A stretch of 64,000 bases of DNA from Patescibacteria group bacterium. Lineage in GTDB: Bacteria; Patescibacteriota; Patescibacteriia; Magasanikbacterales; JBBTQS01. The stretch is from positions 26,266 to 90,265 of the forward strand of contig JBBTQS010000003.1 in the NCBI GenBank assembly GCA_038065555.1. Direction: 5' to 3'. Shown in pieces: positions 48,232-59,546 of this stretch (positions are counted from its first letter, which is position 1; every line of letters starts with the position of its first letter). Position numbers and translations under genes: made by a program. A model generated the notes under the pieces. It ran no database searches, had not been told where the DNA came from, and saw only the letters and a program-made list of their open reading frames with translations.

Positions 48232-49302
48232 ATGGCAAAGAATGAAGTGAATGAAAAGAACAAAGCAGCCGAACTCGCAATCGAACAGATCAAAGAACGA
48301 TTTGGCGACGGTGCAATTATGCGATTTGGCGAGGCAAAGCATTCGGAAGTTGAATCAGTTTCGACAGGATGCCTTTCGCTCGACATCGCACTGGGAGTCG
48401 GTGGCGTCCCACGCGGTCGTATTGTCGAAATCTACGGGCCAGAAGCCTCGGGTAAGACAACGCTCGCGCAACACATCGTTGCAGAAGTGCAAAAGCTCGG
48501 CGGTATTGCAGCATTTGTAGACGCAGAACACGCACTCGACCCCGACTACGCTCGTCGGATCGGTGTGAATGTAGATCAGTTGCTCATTTCGCAGCCTGAC
48601 ACCGGTGAACAAGCACTTGATATCGTAGAGACACTTGTACGTTCTAACGCCGTAGACGTCATTGTGGTGGACTCAGTGGCTGCTCTGGTTCCGAAGGCCG
48701 AGATCGAAGGAGACATGGGTGACCAACACGTGGGTCTCCAAGCGCGTCTCATGTCACAAGCACTTCGCAAACTCGCCGGCATTGTGAACAAAAGCAAGAC
48801 AATCTGCGTCTTCATCAACCAGACTCGTCTCAAGATCGGCGTATTCTACGGCAACCCTGAGACCACTACTGGTGGTACAGCGCTCAAGTTCTACGCTTCC
48901 CAGCGTATCGAAGTCCGCCGCAGCGCTCAGATCAAGCAGGGTGAGAAGATCATCGGTAACCGAGTGAAGGCAAAAATCGTGAAGAACAAAGTTGCTGCGC
49001 CATTTCGCACAACTGAGTTCGACATCATGTACAACGAAGGTATCTCTATCTCTGGTGACTTGCTCGACACAGGTACTGCATACAAGGTGATCACCAAGCT
49101 CGGCAACGGCTATGCCTATGGCGAAACCAAGCTCGGCATTGGACGCGAAAAGGCAAAGCAATTCCTCAATGAGAACCCATTGATCATCCAAGAAATCCGC
49201 GAAAAGATTCTCGACAAGGTCAAAGGCGACGAAACCGACAGCGTTAATCGGTTTGCAGCCGCACCTGAAGACGACGAAGTTCCAGCAGAGGACGAGATCT
49301 AA
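48232..49302 (+). CDS. recA: recombinase RecA
   Basis: Walker A 'GPEASGKTT'; L1/L2 loop regions; acidic C-terminus. ATG 48232 gives the canonical N-terminus MAKNE...[19 protein letters not shown]. Confidence 0.95.
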   Translation: MAKNEVNEKNKAAELAIEQIKERFGDGAIMRFGEAKHSEVESVSTGCLSLDIALGVGGVPRGRIVEIYGPEASGKTTLAQHIVAEVQKLGGIAAFVDAEHALDPDYARRIGVNVDQLLISQPDTGEQALDIVETLVRSNAVDVIVVDSVAALVPKAEIEGDMGDQHVGLQARLMSQALRKLAGIVNKSKTICVFINQTRLKIGVFYGNPETTTGGTALKFYASQRIEVRRSAQIKQGEKIIGNRVKAKIVKNKVAAPFRTTEFDIMYNEGISISGDLLDTGTAYKVITKLGNGYAYGETKLGIGREKAKQFLNENPLIIQEIREKILDKVKGDETDSVNRFAAAPEDDEVPAEDEI

Positions 49303-49322
49303 GATCTCTCCTCAACCAAAAC

Positions 49323-49355
49323 AAAACACCGCGTTAGACGCGGTGTTTTGTTTTA
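49323..49355. terminator. bidirectional rho-independent terminator between recA and rpsR
   Basis: AAAACACCGCG-ttaga-CGCGGTGTTTT, flanked by an A-tract and a T-tract. Confidence 0.7.
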
Positions 49356-49380
49356 TGTATTCGAGAGGAGCGTCCGCTTC

Positions 49381-49605
49381 TTATTGCGGCATGTAAGGCA
49401 AAATCGACATCTGACGAGCTTGCTTTACTGCGGTTGCAACTTTGCGCTGGTGAAGTGCACAGAGACCAGAACGGCGACGTGGGGCGATCTTCATGTATGA
49501 AGAAAGAAACCGACGAAGTGTGTTGGTCGCAGTGTAATCAACTGCGGTGTTGTTGTTCACGCAGAAGTAGCACATCTTTTGTTTTGTCGTCTTTTGCTTT
49601 GGCAT
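49381..49605 (-). CDS. rpsR: 30S ribosomal protein S18
   Basis: 'CYFC' and 'RLCALHQRKVATAVKQARQMSILPY' are typical of S18. Confidence 0.9.
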   Translation of the reverse strand: MPKQKTTKQKMCYFCVNNNTAVDYTATNTLRRFLSSYMKIAPRRRSGLCALHQRKVATAVKQARQMSILPYMPQ

Positions 49606-49613
49606 AGCGGCTT

Positions 49614-50081
49614 TTAGAATGGGATATCTTCAACGCGAATTTCTTCTTCGTCTACGGGAGCGGCGGCTGCAGCGCTAGTCGGACGTGGTGGTTGACCTGC
49701 TGCTCGTGGCGCGCCGGAATTCCCTGCTGCGCTATATCCTGCCTCATTTCCCTTAGGTCCGTCAAGCATGATCAAGTTCTCTGCCACGACTTCTGTCTTG
49801 AACTTGCGCACACCATCGGTTCCGGTCCAGTCTCGTGTCTGCAATCTGCCTTCCACGAACACTCGGCGCCCCTTGGACAGGAATTGCTGTGCAATTTCAG
49901 CCAATTTGCTCCAGACTACGATGTCGTGGTACTCGACTTTCTCGGTCTTTTGTCCTGCACTATCCTTATAGAACGAGTTGGTAGCAATCGCGAGATTGGC
50001 AACCATTGTTCCTCCGGTGGTCGTCCGCACCTCAGGGTCGCGGGTAAGGCGTCCGAGGAGCATGACCTTGTTGAGATCCAT
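49614..50081 (-). CDS. ssb: single-stranded DNA-binding protein
   Basis: OB-fold 'MDLNKVMLLGRLTRDPEVR', a Gly/Pro/Ala-rich linker and the acidic tail ending DIPF. Confidence 0.9.
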   Translation of the reverse strand: MDLNKVMLLGRLTRDPEVRTTTGGTMVANLAIATNSFYKDSAGQKTEKVEYHDIVVWSKLAEIAQQFLSKGRRVFVEGRLQTRDWTGTDGVRKFKTEVVAENLIMLDGPKGNEAGYSAAGNSGAPRAAGQPPRPTSAAAAAPVDEEEIRVEDIPF

Positions 50082-50092
50082 ATGAATCGAAA

Positions 50093-50569
50093 TTAAAGTT
50101 TTTCGTTCACCGTCTCGCCTTTGATGATATCTTCAAGTTTCTTGTCCAATTCTTCCATGTTCACCGGTGCTGGAGCTGCTTCTACCTTCTGTGTGAAGGT
50201 TGTGGTCGTTCCTGGTGCTGCGGTGCGCTTGTCTCCAGTCTCGGAGAACAATCCAGTAAAGAACGAGAACTCGCGCTTGGTCTCTGGCGCAACCGAGCGA
50301 ATTGCGAAGCGCAACAAGCCCGAAGAGCGCTGCAATACCATCTGTACTTCCTTCACATGCGTTTTCTCCAGCTGCAACACAATATGTGTGAACCAACCGA
50401 AGCGCGCCTTCTGAATTTCGTACGCGAGGCGGTGCTTGCCCATGTCATTGACATGAACATGCTCAGCCCCGTGTTCGGTGCAAAGCTTTGTGATTTCGTT
50501 CTGCTTGGTCTGTACTTCTTCCGCTGTAAGTGTTCCAGGAAGCACTACCAAAACTTCGTATGTCTGCAT
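50093..50569 (-). CDS. rpsF: 30S ribosomal protein S6
   Basis: ATG 50567-50569 (MQTYEVLVVLPG...). The longer track ORF is an unsupported 5' extension. Classic rpsF-ssb-rpsR order. Confidence 0.85.
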   Translation of the reverse strand: MQTYEVLVVLPGTLTAEEVQTKQNEITKLCTEHGAEHVHVNDMGKHRLAYEIQKARFGWFTHIVLQLEKTHVKEVQMVLQRSSGLLRFAIRSVAPETKREFSFFTGLFSETGDKRTAAPGTTTTFTQKVEAAPAPVNMEELDKKLEDIIKGETVNEKL

Positions 50570-50644
50570 ATATGTATAGCCAAAATCCTTACTGTTGCTG
50601 TACACTACCACACTATTTTTAAGGGCGCAAGAGCCCACCCACCT

Positions 50645-52102
50645 ATGATATCTCGAACCACCACCGTAGCACACACAGGTCTCGTTGTCACTAAAATTAC
50701 AGTCGAAACCGACCTCCGAGGAGGATTTCCAGGCTTCATGATTGTCGGACTTCCAGACACTGGCGTCCAGGAGGCCAAAGAACGCATCAAATCTGCATGC
50801 AAAAACGCCGATCTCCCCTTCCCATCAACCTATCGAATCACTGTGAACCTGGCGCCAGCTGCCATTCGCAAGGAAGGACCACTCTACGATCTACCAATTG
50901 CCGTCAGCATACTGCTCCCTGCGATGGGAATTGCGTACGCCAACCACGAAGACGCGATTTTTCTAGGCGAACTAGCGCTCGACGGATCAACGCGGTACAC
51001 CGAAGGACTCTTGCCCGCGCTTCTTGGTGCAAGATCGCAAGGAATACGGACTGCGTATATCCCCGCGGCCAATCGTGTTGAAGCTGCGCTTGTTCCAGAT
51101 ATGTGCGTTATTCCCGTAACAGGACTCGCGCAACTCATGAGCCATCTCGCTGGCACACGCGCAATCACACCAGTGACCCCGACACCATTCACCCCACCCA
51201 ATCCGGCGATTATCGTCGATTTCGCTGCCATCCACGGTCAGCACACATGCAAACGCGCACTCGAAATCGCCGCAGCAGGACATCACAATATTTTTATGAG
51301 TGGCCCACCAGGCACTGGCAAGACCACACTTGCTCATGCAACTGCAGGAATTCTCCCACCACTCACGCACGAGGAGATGCTCGAGGTCACACAGCTCCAT
51401 GCACTTGCTGGGCGCACGTCGCAAGAGACTCCGCTTGTTACCTCCCGACCGTTTCGCGCACCACATCACAGCGCATCAGCTTCAGCACTCCTGGGCGGCG
51501 GTCGTCGCATGATCCCTGGAGAACTCTCACTCGCACATCGCGGTATCCTCTTCCTCGACGAGCTTCCCGAGTTCGACCGAGACGTGCTCGAAGTATTACG
51601 CCAACCAATGGAAGAAGGAACCATCACCATTGCACGTGCACACGCAGCACACACATACCCAACAGCATGTATGGTCATCGCTGCACAGAATCCATGTCCG
51701 TGCGGCAACGCCGATGATCCGTCCAACTCGTGTTCTTGCTCAGCCGCAGCCATCGATCGCTACCAGAAAAAAATCTCCGGCCCATTACTAGACCGGTTCG
51801 ATATGCATATTCGTGTCGCGCGCGTGTCGACAGCAGATCGTGCAGTGGCGACAGAATCAACTGCAGTCATTCGCGAACGCGTTTGTGCCGCACGTGCATT
51901 TCGCGTCGCACGAGCACACGACGCGTCAACAACGACAGCAGAAGCGCAATCACTCCTCGATCGTGCAACCGACACATTCCATCTTTCACTACGCACGCAC
52001 TATCGCATTATGCGCGTCGCGCGAACCATCGCAGATCTCGCAGCCTCTGAGCACATCACCGCTGATCACATGCTCGAAGCCATCAGGCTACGAATGCCCT
52101 AG
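50645..52102 (+). CDS. YifB/ComM-family Mg-chelatase-like AAA+ ATPase
   Basis: ATG 50645. Lon-like N-domain, Walker A 'GPPGTGKTT', 'ILFLDELPEF' Walker B and a C-terminal ChlI-like helix bundle. Confidence 0.85.
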   Translation: MISRTTTVAHTGLVVTKITVETDLRGGFPGFMIVGLPDTGVQEAKERIKSACKNADLPFPSTYRITVNLAPAAIRKEGPLYDLPIAVSILLPAMGIAYANHEDAIFLGELALDGSTRYTEGLLPALLGARSQGIRTAYIPAANRVEAALVPDMCVIPVTGLAQLMSHLAGTRAITPVTPTPFTPPNPAIIVDFAAIHGQHTCKRALEIAAAGHHNIFMSGPPGTGKTTLAHATAGILPPLTHEEMLEVTQLHALAGRTSQETPLVTSRPFRAPHHSASASALLGGGRRMIPGELSLAHRGILFLDELPEFDRDVLEVLRQPMEEGTITIARAHAAHTYPTACMVIAAQNPCPCGNADDPSNSCSCSAAAIDRYQKKISGPLLDRFDMHIRVARVSTADRAVATESTAVIRERVCAARAFRVARAHDASTTTAEAQSLLDRATDTFHLSLRTHYRIMRVARTIADLAASEHITADHMLEAIRLRMP

Positions 52103-53565
52103 CGAGTGTACGTGAACGGGTTCACCTTCTGTCCGCGAACAATAACTTCGAAGTGCAAGTGCGGACCTGTTGAGCGACCTGTTGTTCCGATGAATCCAAT
52201 AACATCACCCTTCTTCACGCGTTGACCAATGTGCACGAAGAGTCGGCTCGCGTGACCGTATCGCGTCACAATACCGTTCTCATGATCAATGTCAGCGCCA
52301 AATCCATATCCATTCGTTCGCCAGTTAGCAATCTTCACCACACCATCGTCTGATGCGTAGAGTGGGCTGTCGTAATATCCATGCACATCAAGACCAGTGT
52401 GACGACCACTGTAATACTGGTTGATGCGTTTGCTTGTGGTTGGCCAAATCATCCCAGCAGCATTGGCATTTGGACTTGGTGCAGGCTTTGCCTGATTGCG
52501 GAATTTCGCTGGACCATAATATTCATCCGTGTGGTCTTCACCGGAATTCTTTGGAACATATGTTCCTGTTGCAGCAGGAGGCAACTTTGTTGCTGATCCA
52601 CTTGTTGACCCCGTGGACGCAGGTGGCTTTGCAACCGCAACAGTACGCACCCCTCCCGGAACGACCAACGTCTGACCGATAGAGAGTGTGCTTCTGCTAT
52701 TGAGTTGGTTCACGCGCTGCAACTCATCCGTTGCCTTGAGGCCGTACTGACGCGCAATGGCTGCAAGTGTATCGCCACGCTTCACCGTGTGCACCACACC
52801 GTCCACTGGCAAAATAGTGAGTACTTGTCCGACGCGCAACGTAGAACGCGATGTCAGCGAATTCTCCGACAGAATTGTCTGCTGACTCACGCCGAACTTC
52901 TTTGCGATGGTCGAAATAGTATCGCCACTTTGCACCGAGTACTTCTTGATCTCGTATGCGTTTGTTGATGTGGTTGGTGACGTTGCAACAGGCCCACTTG
53001 GAATGGTGATACTACCTCCTGGGGCTACGATCGGCGCATACACACTCGCGCTGTCGTATCCAAGATCATAGTCGATACCATTCTCATCGGATGGGAGATG
53101 CGCGTCGTCTGGCTGCGCTCCATATCCATACTCAACCGGCTGCGTGTTGCCATACGCATCTGCGGTTTCTTCTTCGTACTCAGATTCTTCGTCACTTGGC
53201 CCGACAATCGCGAGCAAGAGACTCGTGGACCCTGCACCATACGCAGGTGGCGCAATGAACCGCATATGCGGAAGACCAATGAGCAACACGCCCACAGTCG
53301 CCAGTCCCATGATAAAAAGTTTGTGGCTCGTTACGAGATAGACACGCTCTTGCGTGGTCTCCAAATTATTCTCCAGACGCATGCGCCAAGAGACGTAGGA
53401 TTTGTACACACCAAAAAGCAACACACGAGCTATTGCTCGGGTGTACTCCCGCACCCTTCCCCAGCTCCAGCGCCCCACTGCTACAGAAAAACGCTTTGTT
53501 TGAACCAGTAGTTTGAGGAACTCTAGATGGAGCTTGTATATGAATCTCTTCATATAAAGCTCCAC
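52099..53565 (-). CDS. LysM-domain M23-family metallopeptidase
   Basis: Two LysM repeats (YSVQSGDTISTIAKKFGV..., HTVKRGDTLAAIARQYGL...) and a C-terminal M23 motif 'GYGFGADIDHENGIVTRYGHASRLFVHIGQRVKKGDVIGFIGTTGRSTGPHLHFE'. Confidence 0.8.
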   Translation of the reverse strand: MELYMKRFIYKLHLEFLKLLVQTKRFSVAVGRWSWGRVREYTRAIARVLLFGVYKSYVSWRMRLENNLETTQERVYLVTSHKLFIMGLATVGVLLIGLPHMRFIAPPAYGAGSTSLLLAIVGPSDEESEYEEETADAYGNTQPVEYGYGAQPDDAHLPSDENGIDYDLGYDSASVYAPIVAPGGSITIPSGPVATSPTTSTNAYEIKKYSVQSGDTISTIAKKFGVSQQTILSENSLTSRSTLRVGQVLTILPVDGVVHTVKRGDTLAAIARQYGLKATDELQRVNQLNSRSTLSIGQTLVVPGGVRTVAVAKPPASTGSTSGSATKLPPAATGTYVPKNSGEDHTDEYYGPAKFRNQAKPAPSPNANAAGMIWPTTSKRINQYYSGRHTGLDVHGYYDSPLYASDDGVVKIANWRTNGYGFGADIDHENGIVTRYGHASRLFVHIGQRVKKGDVIGFIGTTGRSTGPHLHFEVIVRGQKVNPFTYTR

Positions 53566-53721
53566 CCACTATAGCGCAAAGCAGCCCATGTGACCAGTCA
53601 CAACTTGACATTTGTGGTACACTATGGGATATTGTGGCGTCTGTTGGTCCATCCCGAAGCCGTATAAGGAGCGGTTCCGGGGCGGATCAAACAACCACCG
53701 CGCCCACAACAAGAGGTAGAC

Positions 53722-54363
53722 GTGCATTACCCCGAAATGCGTCAGCACCATAGTCGCCGTGAATTCCAGTCCCCGTCGGCGGGATTGACCATCGGCCTCG
53801 CGATCTTTGGCATCTTTCTGGCGTACTGCGTGGCGAAGTGGAGCGAGATGGGAGAGATCGCTGCGCCCAAGAGCCAGCCAGTCAAGGTTCCCAAGGCCCG
53901 CACTACACCCGCTGTCGACACTGGTTCGCAATGGCAGGACGCTCCTGCCGGCGCTGGTCCGGTGGTACTCTGGTTGGATCCGTGTGACCAACGGCCCAAC
54001 GACACCAATTGGTCATTCGTGGAGGACACGGATTCGTGCGAGTTCGCACTTTCGTTGCTTCTGCACGAGCCACGTGCGCTAGGCGTGTACGAAACCATGC
54101 TGCAATTCGGCCAGCGGGACACCGCACCGATTGCAACCATGAGCGGACACTGCCGCCGATTCTACGTTCCTCTCTTGCGAGACGTGAGCTACCTCGAGAA
54201 CTTCGGGTACGCCAACGCGATGAGCAGGCAACTCATTGGGTTAGCCTTGAGATGCAAGGCCAACCTCGATCGCAAGTTCGCTCTCCGCATCGAGCCCGAC
54301 CGCGACGACGCATCCATGATGCTCGTCGAGGCAGATATCAAGAGCATTAGCTCGCCCTACTGA
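53722..54363 (+). CDS. hypothetical membrane-anchored protein
   Basis: One N-terminal TM helix ([17 protein letters not shown]); no domain recognised. Confidence 0.4.
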   Translation: MHYPEMRQHHSRREFQSPSAGLTIGLAIFGIFLAYCVAKWSEMGEIAAPKSQPVKVPKARTTPAVDTGSQWQDAPAGAGPVVLWLDPCDQRPNDTNWSFVEDTDSCEFALSLLLHEPRALGVYETMLQFGQRDTAPIATMSGHCRRFYVPLLRDVSYLENFGYANAMSRQLIGLALRCKANLDRKFALRIEPDRDDASMMLVEADIKSISSPY

Positions 54364-54550
54364 CGAGCTACCCCGCTCTTCCCCACCACGGCCCGGCAAC
54401 AAGCCGTCAGCCGTAGAGATATGCTGTAATGCTACCAACGAACAGAGCCCCGCAACGAGTAATCGAAGCGGGGTTCGTCATTTATTGACGTTTCCTCCGA
54501 TTTGCCTTACAGTAACGCTAGTTTTTAATGTGTTTACTCAGTCCTATATT

Positions 54551-56548
54551 ATGCAAGACGTCTCGATGTATCTGTGGGCAGCGCTCGTCGCTTCCCTTGT
54601 CGCTATTGCGTATGGCCTCTGGCTCGCTCGCTGGGTCATGCAGCGCCCCGCTGGTAGCGAAAAAATGATGGCGATCGCACGTGCGATCCAAGAAGGCGCT
54701 AACGCCTACATGGTTCGCCAATACAAGACAGTCGCATGGATTGGTCTTGTTATTTTTATTCTTGTTGGAATCAGCTCTCTCGGCTGGGGAGTAGCGATCG
54801 GTTTCCTCGTCGGTGCAGTCCTCTCTGCTATTGCAGGTGTGATTGGCATGATCGTTTCGGTACGCGCCAACGTCCGCACCACCGAAGCAGCGAAGTCCGG
54901 CATGCAGCAGGCACTTGATGTCGCGATCAAAGGCGGCTCAGTGACTGGTTTGCTTGTAGTAGGTCTCGCACTTCTTGGTGTGACGGTCTTCTACTGGATC
55001 ACACGTGACACAACCGCACTTATCGGTCTTGGATTCGGAGGATCACTCATCTCCGTGTTCGCACGTTTGGGTGGTGGTATCTACACCAAGGCAGCAGACG
55101 TAGGTGCAGACCTCGTAGGCAAAGTCGAAAAAGGGATTCCTGAAGATGATCCACGCAACCCAGCAGTAATTGCTGACAACGTTGGAGACAACGTGGGCGA
55201 TTGCGCAGGTATGGCAGCAGATTTGTTCGAGACGTACGCAGTGACCTGTGTGTCTGCAATGCTTCTCGCTTCGATTGTGTTCAAGGCAGGTGGCGAAGCA
55301 GCAATTGTCTTCCCATTGTTCCTCGGCGCTATCTCGATTCTCACATCCATTGTTGGAACGTTCTTCTTCAAGCTCGGCGCTACGAAGAACATTATGAATG
55401 CGCTTTACAAGGGTCTTGCTGTGTCTGGTCTCCTTGCAGCGATTCTCTTCTACCCAGCAACACAGCACTTCTTCCCAAATAGCACCAACACCATGTATGG
55501 TGCTGCGTTCATCGGATTGATCGTGACTGCACTCATGGTAGTGATTACTGAGTACTACACCTCTACAAAGTACGAACCAGTACGCTCGATTGCCAAGGCA
55601 AGTGAAACTGGCCACGGTACGAACGTAATCACCGGTCTCGCAGTTTCGATGAAAGCAACAGCACTCCCTGTAATCGTTATCGCAGCCGGCATTCTCGGCG
55701 CATACGAGCTCGAAGGGATTTACGGTGTAGCAATTGCTGCAATGTCGATGCTCTCCATGGCAGGTATCGTCATCGCCATCGACGCGTACGGTCCTATCAC
55801 AGACAACGCAGGTGGTATTGCTGAAATGGCAGAACTCGATGAATCAGTTCGCGCTGTTACTGATCCACTCGACGCAGTTGGTAACACGACCAAGGCTGTG
55901 ACCAAGGGATACGCAATCGCTTCTGCTGGTCTTGCTTCGATCGTACTCTTCGCAGCTTACACACAGGAGTTCGCTAACCTCGGTCATGAATTGTTCTTCG
56001 AGCTCGGCAACCCATACGTACTCGTTGGTCTCTTCCTCGGTGGTCTTCTCCCATACCTCTTCGCAGCATACGCAATGCAGGCAGTGGGCAAGGTTGCAGG
56101 TAAGGTAGTAGAGGAAGTTCGCCGCCAGTTCCGCGAAATCGCAGGAATCATGGAAGGCAAAACCAAGCCAGACTACGCACGCACTGTAGACATCGTTACC
56201 AAGGGTGCAATCTCTGAAATGGTTGTGCCAGCACTTATCCCAGTAGTAGTTCCAATTCTCGTTGGCTTCTTGCTCGGACCTGAAGCACTCGGTGGATTGC
56301 TCGTTGGCTCGATCGTGACTGGCCTCTTCGTCGCAATCTCCATGACCTCTGGTGGTGGTGCTTGGGACAATGCCAAGAAGTTCATCGAACAGGGCAACTA
56401 CGGCGGCAAGGGTTCTATTGCTCACCAAGCAGCAGTTACCGGTGACACTGTTGGTGACCCATACAAGGACACTGCAGGTCCTGCGATCAACCCAATGATC
56501 AAGATTCTCAACATCGTTGCACTCCTCATTGTAGGGATGCTGGTGTAA
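54551..56548 (+). CDS. hppA: membrane-bound proton/sodium-translocating pyrophosphatase
   Basis: ATG 54551. Signature motifs 'DNAGGIAEM', '[18 protein letters not shown]' and 'DNVGDNVGD'; about 16 TM helices. Confidence 0.9.
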   Translation: MQDVSMYLWAALVASLVAIAYGLWLARWVMQRPAGSEKMMAIARAIQEGANAYMVRQYKTVAWIGLVIFILVGISSLGWGVAIGFLVGAVLSAIAGVIGMIVSVRANVRTTEAAKSGMQQALDVAIKGGSVTGLLVVGLALLGVTVFYWITRDTTALIGLGFGGSLISVFARLGGGIYTKAADVGADLVGKVEKGIPEDDPRNPAVIADNVGDNVGDCAGMAADLFETYAVTCVSAMLLASIVFKAGGEAAIVFPLFLGAISILTSIVGTFFFKLGATKNIMNALYKGLAVSGLLAAILFYPATQHFFPNSTNTMYGAAFIGLIVTALMVVITEYYTSTKYEPVRSIAKASETGHGTNVITGLAVSMKATALPVIVIAAGILGAYELEGIYGVAIAAMSMLSMAGIVIAIDAYGPITDNAGGIAEMAELDESVRAVTDPLDAVGNTTKAVTKGYAIASAGLASIVLFAAYTQEFANLGHELFFELGNPYVLVGLFLGGLLPYLFAAYAMQAVGKVAGKVVEEVRRQFREIAGIMEGKTKPDYARTVDIVTKGAISEMVVPALIPVVVPILVGFLLGPEALGGLLVGSIVTGLFVAISMTSGGGAWDNAKKFIEQGNYGGKGSIAHQAAVTGDTVGDPYKDTAGPAINPMIKILNIVALLIVGMLV

Positions 56549-56566
56549 GATCAGATACTTGTACAC

Positions 56567-56600
56567 AAAAAGCGACGTGCCTCATGGCACGTCGCTTTTT
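56567..56600. terminator. bidirectional rho-independent terminator after hppA
   Basis: AAAAGCGACGTGCC-tcat-GGCACGTCGCTTTTT. Confidence 0.7.
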
Positions 56601-56609
56601 AATTATGCA

Positions 56610-57806
56610 TTACTTACCAAAAAGATCCCGAGCTGCCTTTGCTACTGAACCTTGCGCCACCTCTTCCATAGACTCTGCATCCTCGAGCTCTTCATGGGCT
56701 GGCAAAACACTGAGCGCTGCTTTTTGTGCACCATGATGCGCCACAGCTTCTCCTACGGACACTGACGTTGAGATCGATTCCCGTGTCTCAACCAACGTCT
56801 GAAGAAATACAATTTTTTGATTGAACGACTCATGCAGAGGAGCGTCCGCTGGAATTTGATACTCACGTTGTGTCTCAAACAACGAACGCAACACCATCAA
56901 ACCCTCAAGTTGCCAATGCAAATACTGTGCGTCCACATTAATATCATGCATTTTTGTCTCCCAATCTTCATCCATTACTGTGTTCATGAAACTCGCAAAT
57001 AACTCCACTTGATTCTCCCACGCATGCCCACCAACGGCTGTGAATGGCCAATAGTGATTACCTTCATTCACATTGGGTTCACCCATGTCTCCCTCATGTC
57101 TCCCAAACACATTTATCTCAGCGTGTGAAAATCGCTCATGCCCTCTATGACTACTTTGCTCCCAAAACCTCTGCCACTCGGGAGATTGATCAACCTTACC
57201 AAAAAACTCTCCCGCCTTGTGCAATGCCTCATGACGCCCTGTCACAATATTATCAAGTGCGGTGTGTTTTGGATCATACGCATTAGCAATGGAAAAATAG
57301 ACAAACCCAACATCAACTCCAGCCATATTCACCCATGCGTTTTCGTCTGCTGATGGCACCGCGCACAACCCCTTCACCATGTCTCCAGGCTTAACCCCAA
57401 AATAGATTTCAACATCCCGAACACCCTCAGCCATTTCCGATGCAGTTTCAGATACTGTCTCACGTTCTGGTGAATCATCTGACCCTTCGGTTGTCCAGAC
57501 GCTGTACGTGCCATCAAGCACACCACCATCGATTGACTTGACAGCCCCCGCTGCTACTACTGGCGCCTGATCTACACTGTCCGTCTTGAACCAAAGCAAA
57601 GAGCCAACATACGCAATACTGAATACCGCAGTGGCAAAAATCATCCGCACTTCTGTGTTCGGGTGCCATTCTCGCTCTCGACGAACGACAAACTCTTTCA
57701 GACTTTGCGCCCAGCTCTGTTGCTCTGCTAAGAGATGCTTTATTTGCTCAGCCGCAGACTCGCGATCTATACGAGGGAGGTGGGCTGATTCAGGGTGCTG
57801 TCTCAT
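56610..57806 (-). CDS. membrane-anchored putative zinc metalloprotease-like protein (HExxH)
   Basis: Cytoplasmic N-terminus of about 55 aa, one TM helix, then an extracytoplasmic domain containing 'HEALH'. No further family assignment. Confidence 0.5.
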   Translation of the reverse strand: MRQHPESAHLPRIDRESAAEQIKHLLAEQQSWAQSLKEFVVRREREWHPNTEVRMIFATAVFSIAYVGSLLWFKTDSVDQAPVVAAGAVKSIDGGVLDGTYSVWTTEGSDDSPERETVSETASEMAEGVRDVEIYFGVKPGDMVKGLCAVPSADENAWVNMAGVDVGFVYFSIANAYDPKHTALDNIVTGRHEALHKAGEFFGKVDQSPEWQRFWEQSSHRGHERFSHAEINVFGRHEGDMGEPNVNEGNHYWPFTAVGGHAWENQVELFASFMNTVMDEDWETKMHDINVDAQYLHWQLEGLMVLRSLFETQREYQIPADAPLHESFNQKIVFLQTLVETRESISTSVSVGEAVAHHGAQKAALSVLPAHEELEDAESMEEVAQGSVAKAARDLFGK

Positions 57807-57807
57807 A

Positions 57808-58041
57808 CTATTTTTGCATTAGCGAAGTAACAATATCTCGTTCTTCTTGCAAGATTTTCTGCACCTCTTCGACATCATTTGATTCGATTGCCGTGAACCT
57901 TCTCACGAAGAAGTCAACAAGTACTTTTGCAGCCGCAGGATCTTTGGTCATCATTTCAACAAACTGTCGTTTTTCTTCACCTTGAAAAACGCTCATACAA
58001 TGTCCAATGACCTGATTTGCTATCAGCGTTGATTGTTGCAT
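57808..58041 (-). CDS. small hypothetical protein (77 aa)
   Basis: Stop is 1 nt before the start of the HExxH membrane-protein gene, so translationally coupled. Confidence 0.4.
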   Translation of the reverse strand: MQQSTLIANQVIGHCMSVFQGEEKRQFVEMMTKDPAAAKVLVDFFVRRFTAIESNDVEEVQKILQEERDIVTSLMQK

Positions 58042-58165
58042 ATTTCTTGTTTCGGCATTTTGTAGGAAAAGTATAATACAGAAGCGAAGGAAAACGCGAA
58101 TTTAACTAATCAAAAATGTTCTAGGTTCCTCACTGCGCACGCACTCCAATGAGCCCCTGCGGGCG

Positions 58166-58194
58166 TTGACACATCTCCCCATTTTCTCTACACT
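58166..58194 (+). promoter_or_regulatory. sigma70 promoter for tig: TTGACA-17-TACACT
   Basis: -35 at 58166-58171 and -10 at 58189-58194; tig ATG at 58222. Confidence 0.5.
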
Positions 58195-58221
58195 AACCGC
58201 GTTATCTATTCACGGAAAGCT

Positions 58222-59502
58222 ATGCAAATTGAGGTCAAAAATCTCCAAAAGTCGCAAATTGAAATCACCGTCGTGCTCTCTGACGCTGAAATGCGCCCAC
58301 ACGTTGAGCGCGCTGCGCGTCACATTTCTGAGCACCGCGATATCAAGGGCTTCCGCCGCGGTCACGCGCCGTACGAGAAGGTAAAGGCCGAGGTAGGCGA
58401 AATGGCAATCTACGAAGCTGCCCTCGAGCGCGCAGTACAAAGCAGCTACTACGCTGCTGTGAAGGAGAAGAGTCTCAACACCATTGGCATGCCACAAGTG
58501 AATGTGAAGAAGCTAGCCCCAGGCAATGACTGCGAATTCACTGCAACAGTCTCCGTGCTCCCAAAGGTAGAACTCCCTGACTTCTCGAAGATCAGTGTTG
58601 CGAAGAAAGATGTAACCGTTGAAGACAAACAAGTCGACGAAACCATGGAGTCGCTGCGCAAAATGCGCGGCAACGAAGTAGCGAAGTCCGGTCCAGCAGG
58701 CAAAGAAGACAAGGTTGTTGTAGACATGGATCTCTCTGTAGACAATGTTCCAGTCGAAGGCGGCCAGACCAAGGATCACGGCGTATACTTGAGCGAAGAT
58801 TATTACGTACCAGGACTCCCAGCAGAATTGCTCGGTCTCAAGAAGGATGACGAGAAGAAATTCACACTCACCTTCCCCAAGGAACACTACCAGAAGCATC
58901 TCGCAGGCAAGGACGTGCAGTTCTCCGTGAAAGTGAAGGATGTATTTGAGCGCCAGTTCCCTGAATTGAACGAAGAATTCGCTAAGGGATTTGGTCAGGA
59001 GTCGATGGAGAAATTGCTCGAGCTTCTCAAGACCAACTTGCAAAACGAAGCAACGCAGAAAGAAGAAGAGCGCCAGGAAGCAGAACTTCTCGAGCAGATC
59101 ATCTCGAAGTCAACATTTGAAGACATCCCAGAAGTACTTCTCGACGCAGAGAAGCGCCGCATCTACGGCGAGCTCACTCAGCGTGTAGAATCACAAGGAC
59201 TCACGATGGAGGACTACCTCGCATCTGTAGGCAAGACACCAGAAGAATTCGGCGCAGGCTACGCAGAGCAAGCAGAGAAGCGCGTGAAGTCTACGCTCGC
59301 ACTTCGGGCATATATCGAACGCGAAAAGATCGAGGTCTCCCCAGAAGAAGTGCAGAAGGAAATTGATTCAATGAAGGAGCACTACAAGAAGGATCCAGAA
59401 GTCTTGCGCCAACTCGACACCATCGACACGCGCGAGTCACTCGCTGGCATGCTGCGCAACCGCAAGGCATTGCGCGAGCTCAAAGAGAAGCTCATCAAGT
59501 AA
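58222..59502 (+). CDS. tig: trigger factor
   Basis: Ribosome-binding 'GFRRGHAP' signature near the N-terminus; a central PPIase-like domain; C-terminal helical arms. Confidence 0.9.
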   Translation: MQIEVKNLQKSQIEITVVLSDAEMRPHVERAARHISEHRDIKGFRRGHAPYEKVKAEVGEMAIYEAALERAVQSSYYAAVKEKSLNTIGMPQVNVKKLAPGNDCEFTATVSVLPKVELPDFSKISVAKKDVTVEDKQVDETMESLRKMRGNEVAKSGPAGKEDKVVVDMDLSVDNVPVEGGQTKDHGVYLSEDYYVPGLPAELLGLKKDDEKKFTLTFPKEHYQKHLAGKDVQFSVKVKDVFERQFPELNEEFAKGFGQESMEKLLELLKTNLQNEATQKEEERQEAELLEQIISKSTFEDIPEVLLDAEKRRIYGELTQRVESQGLTMEDYLASVGKTPEEFGAGYAEQAEKRVKSTLALRAYIEREKIEVSPEEVQKEIDSMKEHYKKDPEVLRQLDTIDTRESLAGMLRNRKALRELKEKLIK

Positions 59503-59512
59503 GCTCAATAAC

Positions 59513-59544
59513 AAAATCAGCCCGCTGTGGCTGATTTTGTTATT
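59513..59544 (+). terminator. rho-independent terminator after tig
   Basis: AATCAGCC-cgctgt-GGCTGATT followed by TTGTTATTG. Confidence 0.65.
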
Positions 59545-59546
59545 GT

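Noticed and set aside
55043-56566. Cys/His-rich minus-strand ORFs (190 and 240 aa)
   Set aside because: Antisense to the hppA pyrophosphatase; the composition is an artefact of the complementary strand.
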